Of a stretch of DNA of 64,000 nucleotides, positions 1-43,689 are shown one piece after another. The notes beneath the pieces were generated by a model that was given only the letters and a program-made list of their open reading frames with translations, had not been told where the DNA came from and did not search any database. Position 1 is the stretch's first letter. Each line of letters opens with the position of its first letter. Source of the stretch: Amoebidium appalachense (taxonomy: Eukaryota > Protista > Ichthyosporea). Position numbers and translations under genes: made by a program. The stretch lies in NCBI GenBank assembly GCA_963693365.1, contig CAVNZM010000007.1, forward strand, positions 9,545,962-9,609,961, written 5' to 3'.

Positions 1-20646
<20,646 letters not shown>

Positions 20647-21310
20647 CAAATATCTTAATTGATTTATGATGCGGGCAAATTATGCCCTAGTGTGCTTGGT
20701 TGCTTTCAACATGAGCTTGGCATGGCACGGCAATGGCCTGCCTGCAGACCTAACATCATTCAAGGCAGATTCTATGTTGGCAAGAAGCACCTAGGCCTCC
20801 CTCTATCTCAAACAAGCTTGTAAATGCTGAAATTTCCTGCTACTAAACACGATGGGATATGTCTCCGTTCATAAACGTCACTTGCTCAACTCGCACTAGC
20901 TGGCCGGAGCAGTTTGGTTGTGTAAACATGTATCAATGCCGTTTGCACGGCATTACGAGGAGCCTACGTAGATGCCCAAACTGGCGCCATGAGCTGCGCC
21001 ATGTAGCTTTTGCACGGTGGCTTCTCACAGTCAGACAGTGCTCAAATAGATTTGGGTTTATTGACCCAATCACTGGCTCTGAGCCGTGAGCCGAACGGGC
21101 ACGTGCATTTGTCCCCTCCCCTCCCATGCTGTACCCCCACCCCCCCTCTCCCCTCCCCACAAAAAGGGTGCCACCCCGATCATGAACGCATTCTTGCACC
21201 CGTGCAAGTACTTTCTTTTTGATTGCACATCTAATAGAATGCCATCCTATGTGTGTGTGTGTGCGTGTGTACCATGGGTGGGTCACGTGGTGGTGGTTGG
21301 TGGTGGTAGT

Positions 21311-21351
<41 letters not shown>

Positions 21352-21468
21352 GGGGGTTACTCGTCGGACTAGATTATTGCGTTCCAACCCGCGGGAGGAA
21401 AAAAAAATTGGTACATACAAATAATATCCGGCTCTATAACACTATTATTGCAAGGGACATCATCTGGC

Positions 21469-21520
<52 letters not shown>

Positions 21521-21646
21521 CCCTTACTTGTGGTGCAGTTGACCCTGAGCGTACGGCCGGCACGCTTTGTCCGTCTGAATAGCTTTATGATTTTTCCAAC
21601 ATGCCAAGACACCAACACTAAGCGTTTCACCCAGGCCATATACGTT
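20647..21646. promoter_or_regulatory. Probable bidirectional promoter between the channel and the GPANK1-like gene
   Basis: Divergent start codons ~1 kb apart; inferred from arrangement only. Confidence 0.45.
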
Positions 21647-22012
21647 ATGACGGCAGGTATGGAGGCCGAGGGACAGCAGCTCTCGCGCAAGGCACACAGC
21701 TACCGCCACCATGTGAGATTTGTGCCGGCAATAACAGGAGAGTTGGAACCCTGGAAGCAGGAGGAACATGGGAAGGGGAAAGGTGAGTCATTTTCCCCTT
21801 CTTTTAGCCGGTTTACTCCGTTACAAACTTAAACCTAATCCTCCTCTTACCCTCCCCGCCCGCCGCGCCCCCCCCTTCCCCCCCCCCCCCCCCCCCCCCC
21901 CTCTCCCCCCCTTCCCCTCCCCCCTCCCCCTCCCCCTCAAAGCCTAAACCACTACCACCAGCGGCAGCAGAAAGCACATGACACTCACATGCACGCACGC
22001 ACGCGCACACGT

Positions 22013-22083
<71 letters not shown>

Positions 22084-23835
22084 GTGGCTCACACCGCGCG
22101 CTTCCACAAGAGCGCCTTCTCCCCCTAACCACAGTTGCAAGCATCACACACTTGTGTTCCGGCACACTCTTAGGCTACTCTCACCTTACACACACGCCCT
22201 CACTTACGCCGTGGCTCACGTTGGGCAGTGTGCAGAGGGGAATGGTTGAGCACAAGGGTGCATGCTTGTGAATCTTGTTCATGCTAGTGTTGAGTTTGTC
22301 AACGAACAGGCCACAGTGGATAGGGCTGCCGAGTTCATACGTGATACGTGTAACTCTGTCCCTTACTGACCCTTTTTTCGTTGACTTTTTACACGACACA
22401 TGTTACCATACAAACACTACACTGCACGACAACACCACACATTCTTCCATCTCTACAGGAGATCCACACATACACCTGCACACACACACACACACACATA
22501 CACTCTCTCTCACTCACACACGCGCGCGCACACACACACACAAACACACACTCACCCACACACTCACTCACTCAGGTGGGCCACTGTCTGGTGAGCAAGC
22601 ACTGAGCATCTACCAAGAGGTTCTTTCCCTTCCACCTGCTAAGGATGGCGAGAGTGCCACTCCATCCACTACCACTTCCAATCAAATAAAGCAAAAACAT
22701 ATACCAGTAGCCACTGTTCAAGCACCCACACAGCCTGATCTAACCGAGCTCACACGTAAACTTCTCCGCGCATCTCAAGAAGGCAACCTCGACGTCATTC
22801 AATCATCCCTTACTGGTTCTGTTGCTCTCATCGACATGCGCGATGATTATGGGTGGACGCCGCTTATGTGTGCAGCCTGCGAGGGCCGTTTGCATGTTGT
22901 TAGGTATTTGCTGGATCACGGAGCGGACCCTACGATAACGGACAACAAGGGGCAAAACGCAATTGACATTGCGCGAATTTCAAAAAAGCATGTGGCGCAC
23001 ATCGTTTCTGATCTCATTTATACACATGTGCAGCGGTGGAGGAAACGGGATGCGTCAAGGGGAAAGTTGAAGGAAGAGGTGGTGATGCATGAACATGACC
23101 TTCGGAGCAGGACCCAAGCGGTAGTGAAAGCAGAGGAGGGAATGGAAAACGTGAAAAAGGGCGGGAATAGGTGGGATGATACGGAGAGCGAGGAGGAAGA
23201 GGGGGAGGGAGGGGAGAAGAACAGGGTGATTGGAGGGGAGAGGAAACGGCGGCGTATGGAAACGAAAAACGAAAAACATGGATGGGGCCCAAACGGTGGT
23301 GCCGCAGCGGTTGGTAATATGGTGCAAATAAAGGAGGAACCTGGGAGTGAAAAGGGCACGAAACGAGCAAAAACGGCAAAGGGAGAAGGGAGAAAGGAAC
23401 GTGCGCCCGCGAGGGAAAAAACGAGGAGGTGTGATGTGTGTAAAACGGATGTGGACTTGAGTCAATGGCAGAAACATTTGCCGTCAACTCTGCATAATTT
23501 CGGTGTAAAACGTGAAACGGTGCATGTTATCCCCAGCTCGGCCAAGAACCCAGGTTACAAAATCCTGAAGAGGGAAGGGTGGGAGGAAGGGGAAGGGTTG
23601 GGGAAGGTGGGCGAAGGGAGGAAAAACCCCATCGCTACTGTTTTAAAGAGGGATAGAGCCGGGATAGGCGTGAAAAACGGCGAAGGTGACGCATTTTCAG
23701 GCGGGAGATATACGGGCAGTGGAGGATGTGGAAAAGAAAAACGTGTCTGGGGGGATGACTAAACGGGAGCTGATGAAGAGGGAGAAGAGGGAGAAACACT
23801 GGGAGAGGGATATGCGTAGATATATGAATGAGTGA
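21647..23835 (+). CDS. GPANK1: G-patch domain and ankyrin repeat-containing protein 1 homolog; 2 exons, apparent +1 frameshift near the 3' end
   Basis: Exon 21647-21782 (AG|GTGAGT) joins in phase to 22576 (LSGEQALSIYQEV). It encodes ankyrin repeats (DDYGWTPLMCAACEG), a CDVC..H..STLH zinc-finger-like motif and a G-patch (NPGYKILKREGWEEGEGLG..GRKNPIATVLKRDRAGIG). The GPANK1-like tail KVTHF..KHWERDMRRYMNE* lies in the +1 frame after the A5 run at 23673-23677. Start codon uncertain (21587 is an alternative). Confidence 0.88.
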
Positions 23836-24065
23836 AACGAGATGGTTTTTATTTGTTTATTTATTTTTATTTTTATTTTTATTTTATTTTATTTTATTTT
23901 ATTTTTTGGGGGGGGGGGGGAAGGGGGGGCTCCTATGTAGCTAATGTTTCTTTAGGTGCGGGCGTCTGCGAGAGGGATTTTTTTTTTCTTGTTTTGTTTT
24001 GTGCAACTATCAACGGTATGTATGTGCATGTAAGAACTTGATATTTGTAGACAACGTGCACACCT

Positions 24066-24106
<41 letters not shown>

Positions 24107-24694
24107 TGGGGGAAGGATAGATTGTATGTATTTGCTTATTCAAACACAATTACTTGAAAGCTGGCCGCTAGAGTTTCCCTACTATCTTTACTGTATGTCT
24201 GACCACATAAGGCTCGAAAATAACGGGCGTGTGTAGCTTCCAATATACTGGGCGTTCTTGACATGTAGCAAGTTGAAGTTGTTTTGCTACGTGTGCGGTT
24301 GACAATGTCGGTGTGTAACAGTATTACATGGGCGAATGAGCTGATGGGAAGGCCATTGATTATACGTACAAGAAACCATAAGGCCAACACAACCAGATAT
24401 TGCATACCGTACAAATGCAAAGTTAGCTTTTGCATGCACAAAGAGTGCATCTAACATTGCACGTATACGTGTATACTGCACTTTGAATTACGAAAGGTAG
24501 CCCTACGTATCTTGATCAATAAAAAGCCCGCCCGGCAAATGCAAATCATTCACAGTACTTGAGTTTTGACCTGTTCACCGGACTACCTCGCATGTCACTG
24601 TGACGCGTGCGCGCCGCAGCCCCCAGGTATACGTATTCCACCATTTGCAACAGCTGCAGGCGTGCAGTAGTGCATGTGAAAAGCCTTGGAAGAA

Positions 24695-24728
<34 letters not shown>

Positions 24729-24745
24729 CGGAGGAGGGGCCAGGG

Positions 24746-24780
<35 letters not shown>

Positions 24781-25003
24781 TGGATTGGACAAAGTTTACG
24801 TAATGGAAGTTACGTGTGGGTATTATATCGGGAATATCCAGCTGGGCACACACGGGTTCGGCATACACGTGTACGTGCAAAGTTAGCAACTCACAGTGGA
24901 GACCGTAGTAATCAGGTAGCCTAGCTTTAGGGCGTATCACAAGTGTTCAACCTTGCAAGCACCGTAGCTATGCATATAGCCAATGAGGCTCAAGCTCAAG
25001 ACG

Positions 25004-25038
<35 letters not shown>

Positions 25039-25999
25039 GTGGGGGATGATTGACTCTCGAGCAAAGTACGCATTCACAACGCTGGTTATGTCGACGTCAT
25101 GCCTATGTACATTATGTGTGGTGGAAGGAAAGTTGGGTGGGTGGGTGGGTGGGTGGGTGGGGGGGGCAAATCGAAATGTTTAACTTTGTAACTTGGGTCA
25201 TTATTTATTGACCCACCATTAGACCATGGGCACAGCTCCACTCAACACCATATCACCAGTCCCAACAATTCCCTTAGAGTTCAACAAAATCAGGTTGGTC
25301 ATCATCGGATCACACTATCTAGCTTTGCACACAATGTACAAAGACATATTATCATTAGCTACATAGAAACTATCATTACCCGCACCACATATATGCAACG
25401 CTCAAGAATTGTAAAAGTAAAGTGGTAATTATAATTTTCACACATCTATACACGGAGGGCTTTCTTGGACCTCTGGATAAAGAACCTTCACACACAAACC
25501 GTGCGCACGCACACACACGCACACACACCGCTCACACATGAACTGCGCCGGGTTGACAATGGTAGTACTTCTCCTAATGGTCCTTGCAGAGAAGAATCTG
25601 ATGCAACGGGGCCCCGATCAAGCCATGCGACAGTATTAAAGACTCGGACATATGCGTCGTCCAGTGAAAGATTTTATTCACCTGCTATGACAAGCTTACA
25701 CATCAATTATTATAGACAGATACCTCTTTGATACGGTAACGTTAACCAATGGTGCAGCGGATAAAAAAACAGTGACTAATATTAGTGTTAAGGCCGTTGT
25801 GCCCATGGCCGAACACGTGTTATTGGCAATAATAACACTGGACAAAATTTCATACCAAATTCACTATCCTAATCTGATTGTTCACAGAAGTCAGTTAATG
25901 GCGTAAAGGCAAACTTACTACATACATATAAGGAGCCTGTTGTGCACTAGCAGTACAGTGTCTACTACACTGTGCGAGTATGCGAACATGTGCGAACGT

Positions 26000-26110
<111 letters not shown>

Positions 26111-27220
26111 ACGCACGTGTCCGCTGGCAAATACGCAAGTACGTGTGTAGTTGTTTACATGCATACTCGATAGACTTCGCATATCGTGACGGATGGCCAG
26201 GAGAGGATCCACAAAGGCACTTAAAGGACAGGGGAAACGGGGTGATGGGGGTTGAAACTGATTAAGGTATTTCAAGTACACCGCACAAGCCTTATCAGCA
26301 AAACACGTTACACTAAGTGACCAAAAAAAAAAGGGGGGGGGGGGGGGGGGGGTAAACTGGGTAATAAAAAAAGGGTTGTCTACAGTATACCATTTTCATG
26401 CAGACCACTAGATCAGGAGACTGTGCAGCATGTGCACCGCAAGACATCTACTTTACAAATTAAACTTACAAGTGCAAGCGAGAAATACAAACTAAGAAGA
26501 TATGGGGGGGGGGGGGGGGGGGGGGGGGAAGAGAGAGAGACAGAGAGAGAATGTTTATGTGTATGTGTGTGTGTGTCTACGAACACACACCTGCAAGACT
26601 AACTATCGGCAACTGGCATGCCTGGACGTCCTCCCGTGATCACTTGAGAATTCATGCTGTCGAGAGGCGGCCGCGGCACGTGGGCGATTTTCGAGCCAAC
26701 TTGCAGTCCTCTCATATGCTACATATTTTCCGCATCAAAGGCGTTTTTGTCACTGCATAGACACAAAGTGGTCAGAGTCATTGTGCATTGATTGGAGTCA
26801 TCGTGCCCTTCAGGGCTTGCCTTACAACACGTGCATGGACGCAAATTTTGCAAGGTGACCATGGGTGTCCACAAGCTGCAGTATACATGAGCCCTGAGGG
26901 GCTAGGTTCCAATAGATCCGAACAGATCCGACCAAATTTGATCAACCGGAGCCAATTATGTAGATTAGCAGAACAGAGCTACCAGTCAGGTGAGGAACAA
27001 TCAAAGATGCCACGGAAGCAAGAGAAGGGAACAACAAAAACCCTAAAAAAGATATTCCGAGTCAAGATATTTCGAGTGCATAACTTTTCAGCACTGTCAT
27101 GCATGTGAGATGTGTGATGCAAATCCTGAAACTACGGTAACCAAACCACAAAGTGACCCATTACAATAACTAAGCCCTCAGGGGCTAAGAATAGCAACAA
27201 AAAGTATTTCATGCGGCCAC

Positions 27221-37588
<10,368 letters not shown>

Positions 37589-39431
37589 CTTCAAAGGCAG
37601 TGCCCTTATGACTGCCCGCTAACTGCTCCGCCTAGTAGCTGCCTGCCATACTCGTCTTGTTGTGCTATTTGCCGCCCACTGGTGTGTGCTCTGCTGGCCG
37701 CCACACTGTCGGCTGCACAACGGCTATGTAGTAAGTGTAATGTAGATGTTACAGTCACGAACAAAGTTAAACGGGCCGTTCGCAGACTGGGGCGTTGAAG
37801 TAAGCCTCAAACTTTAATGCGGTTTGGTGTTCACTCTGAAAAATTGCTCTTCGTAGCGATGGGCTTCGAGCTAGCAAGCGCCACTGCGAAAACTAAACCG
37901 TGTCAGCACCGTCGCGTACGGTGGCAGCGGAGAACTTGCCTCCGGACTATTACATAGAGCATTACAACACCGGTTACTGTAGTGGTCTTTTTTCGTAACT
38001 CAGCCTCGGTTTACTGAAAGTTTGAGAGTTGCAGCGCGTGCCCGTGCGGCACCGTTGATAGGAGGAAGTTCATGAGCCCGGCCGCGGCCCAGCGCGGCCC
38101 GCGCCGCGGGGCTGATCATGACTCATATGCCTGCATGCCACGGCCAGCCGGCAGTCGACCTAACCTCGAGTGCTCGACCGGTGCCTTGTTGTACGGCTAG
38201 AAATTCCTTCTTCAAAACGATAAATATTCAAAGCAGCAACTAAAGTGTGCCGTGATTATAGTTTCATACACCTTCTGTACATTTTCCAAAATTGTAATAT
38301 TCGACAAGCTCATGGTTTATAGGCCCTACGCCTGGGAGTGGGGCTCGCGCCGACTCAATCGATTGCGACCGTGACGTCACACCTTACATGCCACGCAATA
38401 TATACAGTCGCGGTCGGCTCAGAACACTATTCTAGGGTCTTATTTAGGATTTATTTCCAAAATCACTGTTTAGTGGTACTGTTTTTCATTGCCAATGCTA
38501 CTGGTGCTGGTGGCGAGCACGTGCCGGTGACTCCATGGCCAATCATTCATGGCATGCAACGGTCAAAAATGCAAAGTTCGTGTAGGTTGTGGTTGTCGGT
38601 CGACTCCATTTTGTCACAACTTTTGTGTCTGCCTGAAATTGAATTTAAGGAAAATACACCTCAATATTAAACTATCATGATCCCAGCGGTACATAGAGTT
38701 TGAAACATCCAACTTGTCATGAATGTCAACTTGATTTTCATCAACCCGTGATCACAGGTGCGGCAGGCCTAAATCTTAGATGCAATTTGCAGAACTAGCT
38801 AGATTTTCCAGAGTTTAAATTTGGGACCCTTCAAATACTACACACATTATGTAACAGTAACTCTTTTTTGCATTTACAGGCAGTGTGCTACATGCAGCCA
38901 GTCGCTGCAGAAAACATATTTATAGAAAACTAAACTTAACAGGGATGATATTTTAATTTTTCAATATGTACATATGCAATTGAGTATTGAGCATCCGATT
39001 AAGGTTGGCCGAAGAAATTTTGGGGATCCAAAACTTCGTACGTGCGCCGCGCATGCATACCATGCTGCCAAAGACACGTACAGCACACGTGCCACCACTT
39101 TTTTTTTGAGTGCCACTGTGACGTCGGCACAGAATCTCGAGACTCCCGAGTCCCGAGTCCCGTGTAACCCAGGCAGGTTATTCTAAAAACTATCTGAACG
39201 CTCGTTCATTTGAAAATGAAATTTTTGCCTATGTACGCTGATCCTGGCTTACCTGCGCCAGTTTGAAGTACCTCAGATGTAATTTTTTTCTTCTTTTGCT
39301 GTTTTGTTGTTTCCGATCTGGATTGACTCGGATGGGTGCGTGGGCTATTTTCAAGTTGATATCAAGCTCGCGCAACCGTTGGTCTAGGGTGTATCATATA
39401 GGGTAGGTCTGTAGGTCTTGCTTGTGATGAA

Positions 39432-39632
39432 ATTTTTTTTTTTTTTTTAAAAAAAAAGCTTTCCTGAATAGCCAAGGCATCCGATCCTTGACTACCCCGG
39501 TTGGAGTTAGCTTAGAGGGCCATTGCCATAGTTCTGCACCCAGGCGAGTCCCATCAGGGCATCCGATCCCCAACGCGCTACATCCCGGGATTCGAACCAG
39601 GTGCCTCCTGCGTCGGAGGCGAGGAAATATGC
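39432..39632 (-). mobile_element. tRNA-derived SINE-like element with A-tail
   Basis: The minus strand reads TTCCTCGCCTCCGACGCAGGAGGCACCTGGTTCGAATCCCGG (anticodon arm plus B-box, tRNA-Gly-like), then ~120 bp of unrelated body, then T9 and a ~16-17 nt A tail. There is no acceptor stem or D arm. Confidence 0.65.
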
Positions 39633-39935
39633 AACAGTGTATATATTTTTAGCTTTGTTTATAACTTATAAGTTTACTTACACTAACTACACTTACACTA
39701 ACTATAGGCGTCCTGGTACGTGCGGATATCGATGTTCTGCGACGGATACCCTGAGCTGAGCCTTGATCTTCAGTATTACGCTACGACGTCTAATGACAGT
39801 CACTACTACGGTATACAATGACTGTATGATGGTATTTGCTTTCGGCGGGGCCGCGGCCGTGTTTCTTGGCTTGGCCACTTCGAGTCATGCACGTTTGCGA
39901 ACTTGCCAAACTTCATTCATGTGTGTTATACATGT

Positions 39936-40106
39936 TGTGTCTGTGTGTCTCACGTGTCTGTGCTTGTCCTGCGTGTTCTAAATTTAAACTTAACAATCGC
40001 GAGAGCACGTGTAGTTGTTTGTGTACTACGTCATTATAAGTCGTAGATCTAGGTGTATGTCTGTGTGTCTCACGTGTCTGTGCTTGAGCTGCGTGTTCTA
40101 AACTTA
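39936..40106. repeat. Pair of ~45-bp direct repeats
   Basis: tgtctgtgtgtctcacgtgtctgtgcttg..ctgcgtgttctaaa at ~39938 and ~40058. Confidence 0.8.
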
Positions 40107-40199
40107 GCGAACGTGTGCATGTGTGCGCATGCGTGTACTTCGTGTGTGTAGAACTTGAATGGGGAGGGGAAATGGCACACACACTATTCGAATTCAATT

Positions 40200-41514
40200 C
40201 CACGGCCATCTAGAAACACCATCTACACACCATCTACCAAACACCAGGCCGCCTAAGGCAACGTCATCGGAATTTGCTCATTTGTTTGCGCAAGATTTTT
40301 GGTCTCGGGGGTGGTGCGGCCTACTAAAATGGCGGGAAAATGTTCTCCACAGATTTATTCGCCTTCGGCAGCAACGTGATCTACAAACGAGTTAAATTTC
40401 ATCAATATTTATTTGACGTTTAACCTCTCTTTCGGCTCGGCCGATTGGTGATTTAGACCTACAAGAGTGCGGCCGATCGCCGGTCTGTTTATGCGGCCGC
40501 ACCCCCGAAAAAACCGCCGTACGTAGGTGTACTGTTTGTTGTTGAACACTGCCCTCGCAAAGACACCTATGGTTGCTGTGGCACCTGGATGGGCAATATG
40601 CCCATGCCATGGCGTTGTATCTTTTTAGGGATGGTTAGTTTCCGCTTTAGAGATTATGGGGGGCAAGTGCATTGTATACAACTGTAAGAGTAACTATGCT
40701 AGTGAGACTCGAAAGGACAGGGGTAAGGAAAATGTAAACCCGCAAGCCGGTGTCAGCCAGAGCGTTACCGTTTCCACTCTTAGGTTTCCCGACCCGGAAA
40801 AGCAGCCAGAGCTGTGGCAGTTGTGGTATGAAAGTTGCCTTCAGGCAGGGGATGTATGGGGTAGCAAGGCATGCTTCTTTGAAACATACAAAGATGGTAG
40901 GCCTCACGTCTGCGTCAAGCATTTCGTTGACGCAGATTATTTTCCCAAGGGGTCCTGTGATCCAAGCGAGGGAACCGGCCCCTTAAGCAAGCGATCTTCT
41001 CTCGCGACCCCAATTCCGACCCACCCATTGCCCCTCGCATCTTTTCTGACCCTAATGACCCAACTAAAACCATCGTGCTAGGTGAAAGGAGCATAAACGT
41101 AGAACGGCAGCAGCGAAAAGGGAGGCACACAGAATCGAGGCAGAAGCCGCTATACTACGGTTGGCGGAGGAGGAGCGCAAGCAACAGTTACGAGCGGAGA
41201 ACGACGCACGTAAGCGTGAAGCGCAGCAGAAATGTGCACGGGAACTTAGCGAACGAGAGGCAGAGGAGCGAAGCAAGCGTCTTATGCTCGAGCAGGAGCA
41301 TGCTCGTGTCCTTGCAGACCAAATTAGGTTTGCAGACACTAACTTCATTGATGCCGTGTGCCAAGCAATTCTACACCATCCGTGCTGGTTAGCCCATAAG
41401 ACCACAACCGGTGTGGCGTCGAGTTTTTGTGTTCAAACCCACGCCAAAATTAAGGAAACTGAAAACGGGACGCTCCCTTTCCCCATACTAGCCGGTGTTT
41501 CTAGATGGCCGTGG
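40200..41514 (+). mobile_element. Non-autonomous TIR DNA transposon carrying a THAP domain (P/Galileo-like)
   Basis: Perfect 21-bp TIRs CCACGGCCATCTAGAAACACC (40200-40220, 41494-41514), flanked by the 7-bp direct repeat TTCAATT (40193-40199, 41515-41521). Confidence 0.88.
40656..41400 (+). pseudogene. THAP zinc finger plus coiled coil, disrupted transposase N-terminus, no catalytic domain visible
   Basis: MGGKCIVYNC..RFP..W..HVCVKHF is a C2CH THAP signature. An E/R/A-rich coiled coil follows in another frame (41085-41400). Confidence 0.8.
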
Positions 41515-41571
41515 TTCAATTCATATATAACCTCCGATCCCACACGGCCCTTTTTTTTTCAGAGGGCCGTG

Positions 41572-41700
41572 CCACGGCCATCTAGAAACACTAGAAACAC
41601 CAGGCCGTCTAAGGCGATTAACATTCCCGGGATATGACATCTTAACCAAAAAAGGCTATTATGCATTCCACAAGGGGGTGCGGCCTACTTTTCATGGCAA
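41572..41700 (+). mobile_element. Left end of a second, related TIR element
   Basis: ccacggccatctagaaacac..aaacaccaggccg.ctaaggc..ggtgcggcctact parallels 40200-40326; no matching right TIR found. Confidence 0.7.
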
Positions 41701-42508
41701 CCGCGTATCCAGACGATTATGTAATCGTGCATTGAATTTGAAGATCCGAATCGGGTCACACCACGGCCCATAATGCAGCGCTTATCATTTGTAAATCGTT
41801 CCCCCCCCCCCCCGGGGAACGAGAGAGAGAGAGAGTGAGAGACGGGGAGAGACCCGCTGTAGGAACAATGATAGACAATATTTTTGGCCGGAAAGCCAGA
41901 ATATGGATCGATAGCGCATTGCCTAGACCGTCGCCTTTCGCTCCCGTCCCGGCGAGCAAGCTTCATGCCGTAGGCATAGCCTTGGTTTTCATGTGTTTAT
42001 TCTGTACGAACGATTCTCATGATCAGAAAAGATCGTTCCCCCAAACTATATAGAAGAGTGCCCCGACATTATGATAGCCTACATGGGAACATACAATCTT
42101 GTGGTGCAACTTCGCGCATGTTTCTTGCCTTCTGCCAGTATGCTCCAGAGCCCTTACAAACCAGGAAGCCCTAGGCCCGACTGCCAGAGAGGCAGAACGT
42201 CTGATACATAGTGCTCTAACCCTTCAGGTGATCATGAAAGGTGTGGGGTAGTATTATCAGCAGTGTGACAGTCACCCCTTAACTGTCACGCACTGAGGGG
42301 TGACCCGGTCCCCAGTGGTCGTCTCCGGTTGCTGCACAGCCCAACCAGTCCTCAGCGGGCACACCCCCGAGGGTGCCCTGGCCTCTAGTAGGGCTTGTAT
42401 GATCGCTGCTGGATTGTGGAATTTCAGTGGTGTGTCAGCAAGCCATTTTTGGTGACTCACGGCTAGGATGAGGAAAGAATAGACAAAGCATATAGTATAT
42501 TACCATAG

Positions 42509-42541
<33 letters not shown>

Positions 42542-42588
42542 TTCCCCTCCCCCAACGCGCACGCACGCACATACACACACACACACAA

Positions 42589-42634
<46 letters not shown>

Positions 42635-42750
42635 CTTGAGCAAGACGACAGTTACTGAGCCTGACAAGTCATGGAGGCAAGCACCACTAATTAGTCTTTG
42701 TTTTGCAGTCACTTTTCCAAGGGCCTCTTTTTTTTTTTTTTTTTTTTTTT

Positions 42751-42806
<56 letters not shown>

Positions 42807-42822
42807 TGGTGGTGGTGGTGGT

Positions 42823-42858
<36 letters not shown>

Positions 42859-42860
<2 letters not shown>

Positions 42861-43125
42861 TGAATGCGTCAAAAAGTACGAAGTACACAAGAACAAACGG
42901 ATAACACGATGCAGAATGCAAGCCATACATAAAGAGTATGCATAATAAGCAGAGCCCATCCTCAGGGGGGGCACACGGGGGGAGAAGGGTAGAATGGGTA
43001 CAGGTGCAGAGTCTCGGTACGAAGTAAACGTTCTTGACATACAGAACACGGCACATTGCTACGCACACAGCGAGAGCGCAAAATAAGCGGAGCATATCCT
43101 CAAGGGGGACCCAAGTTACCCACAG
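42859..43125 (-). mobile_element. Young truncated poly(C)-tailed copy (42859-42971) plus an older tandem copy
   Basis: The first copy is nearly identical to the 51263 and 53766 copies. The second retains ggtacgaagta..taagcggagcatatcctcaagggggacccaagt. Confidence 0.85.
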
Positions 43126-43402
43126 CACACGCTAATAATAGCAGGAGCTTCTCAAGGCTATCAGCGTCAAGAAACCAACGGGGGTGCCACTGTTTGCGTG
43201 GCTCTTTTTTTTTCTTTCTTCCTTTCTTCCTCTCTCTCTCGGCCACGGGTTGTGGTGGTGGTGTGTGTGTGTGGATGGTGCTGGCTGGGGAGAGGAGTTG
43301 GGGGTGGGGTGGGACGGGGTTGTAAATTGGGTTGAGGGACACATGGCCACTATTGTGTGTGCACGCCACGCACTTAGCCGGGGGCCATGGAGCAGAACTT
43401 AC

Positions 43403-43648
43403 CTGTGCCGTGCTGCCGGCTCTTTGGTTTGCAGCGGGCCCAAAGCCAGAGGAGCTCTGGTTGTAGCTGCCCATGCCACTGTAGCCCCCATTGGCCGTGG
43501 CGCCTGCTGTGGCAGGGTGCAACACTCAGCCCTTGCACAAAGCCATGGGAATAGTGGAGCCCCTTTGTGCGGGAACACAATGCAAACAGAGCTCAGAGAG
43601 CAGGCAAGGCGGCTGTACTTTTGAGCCTCGGTTCCCCTCGAGTCGGGG

Positions 43649-43689
<41 letters not shown>

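Noticed and set aside
39575-39632. Functional tRNA gene
   Set aside because: Only anticodon and T arms are recognisable; no acceptor stem or D arm
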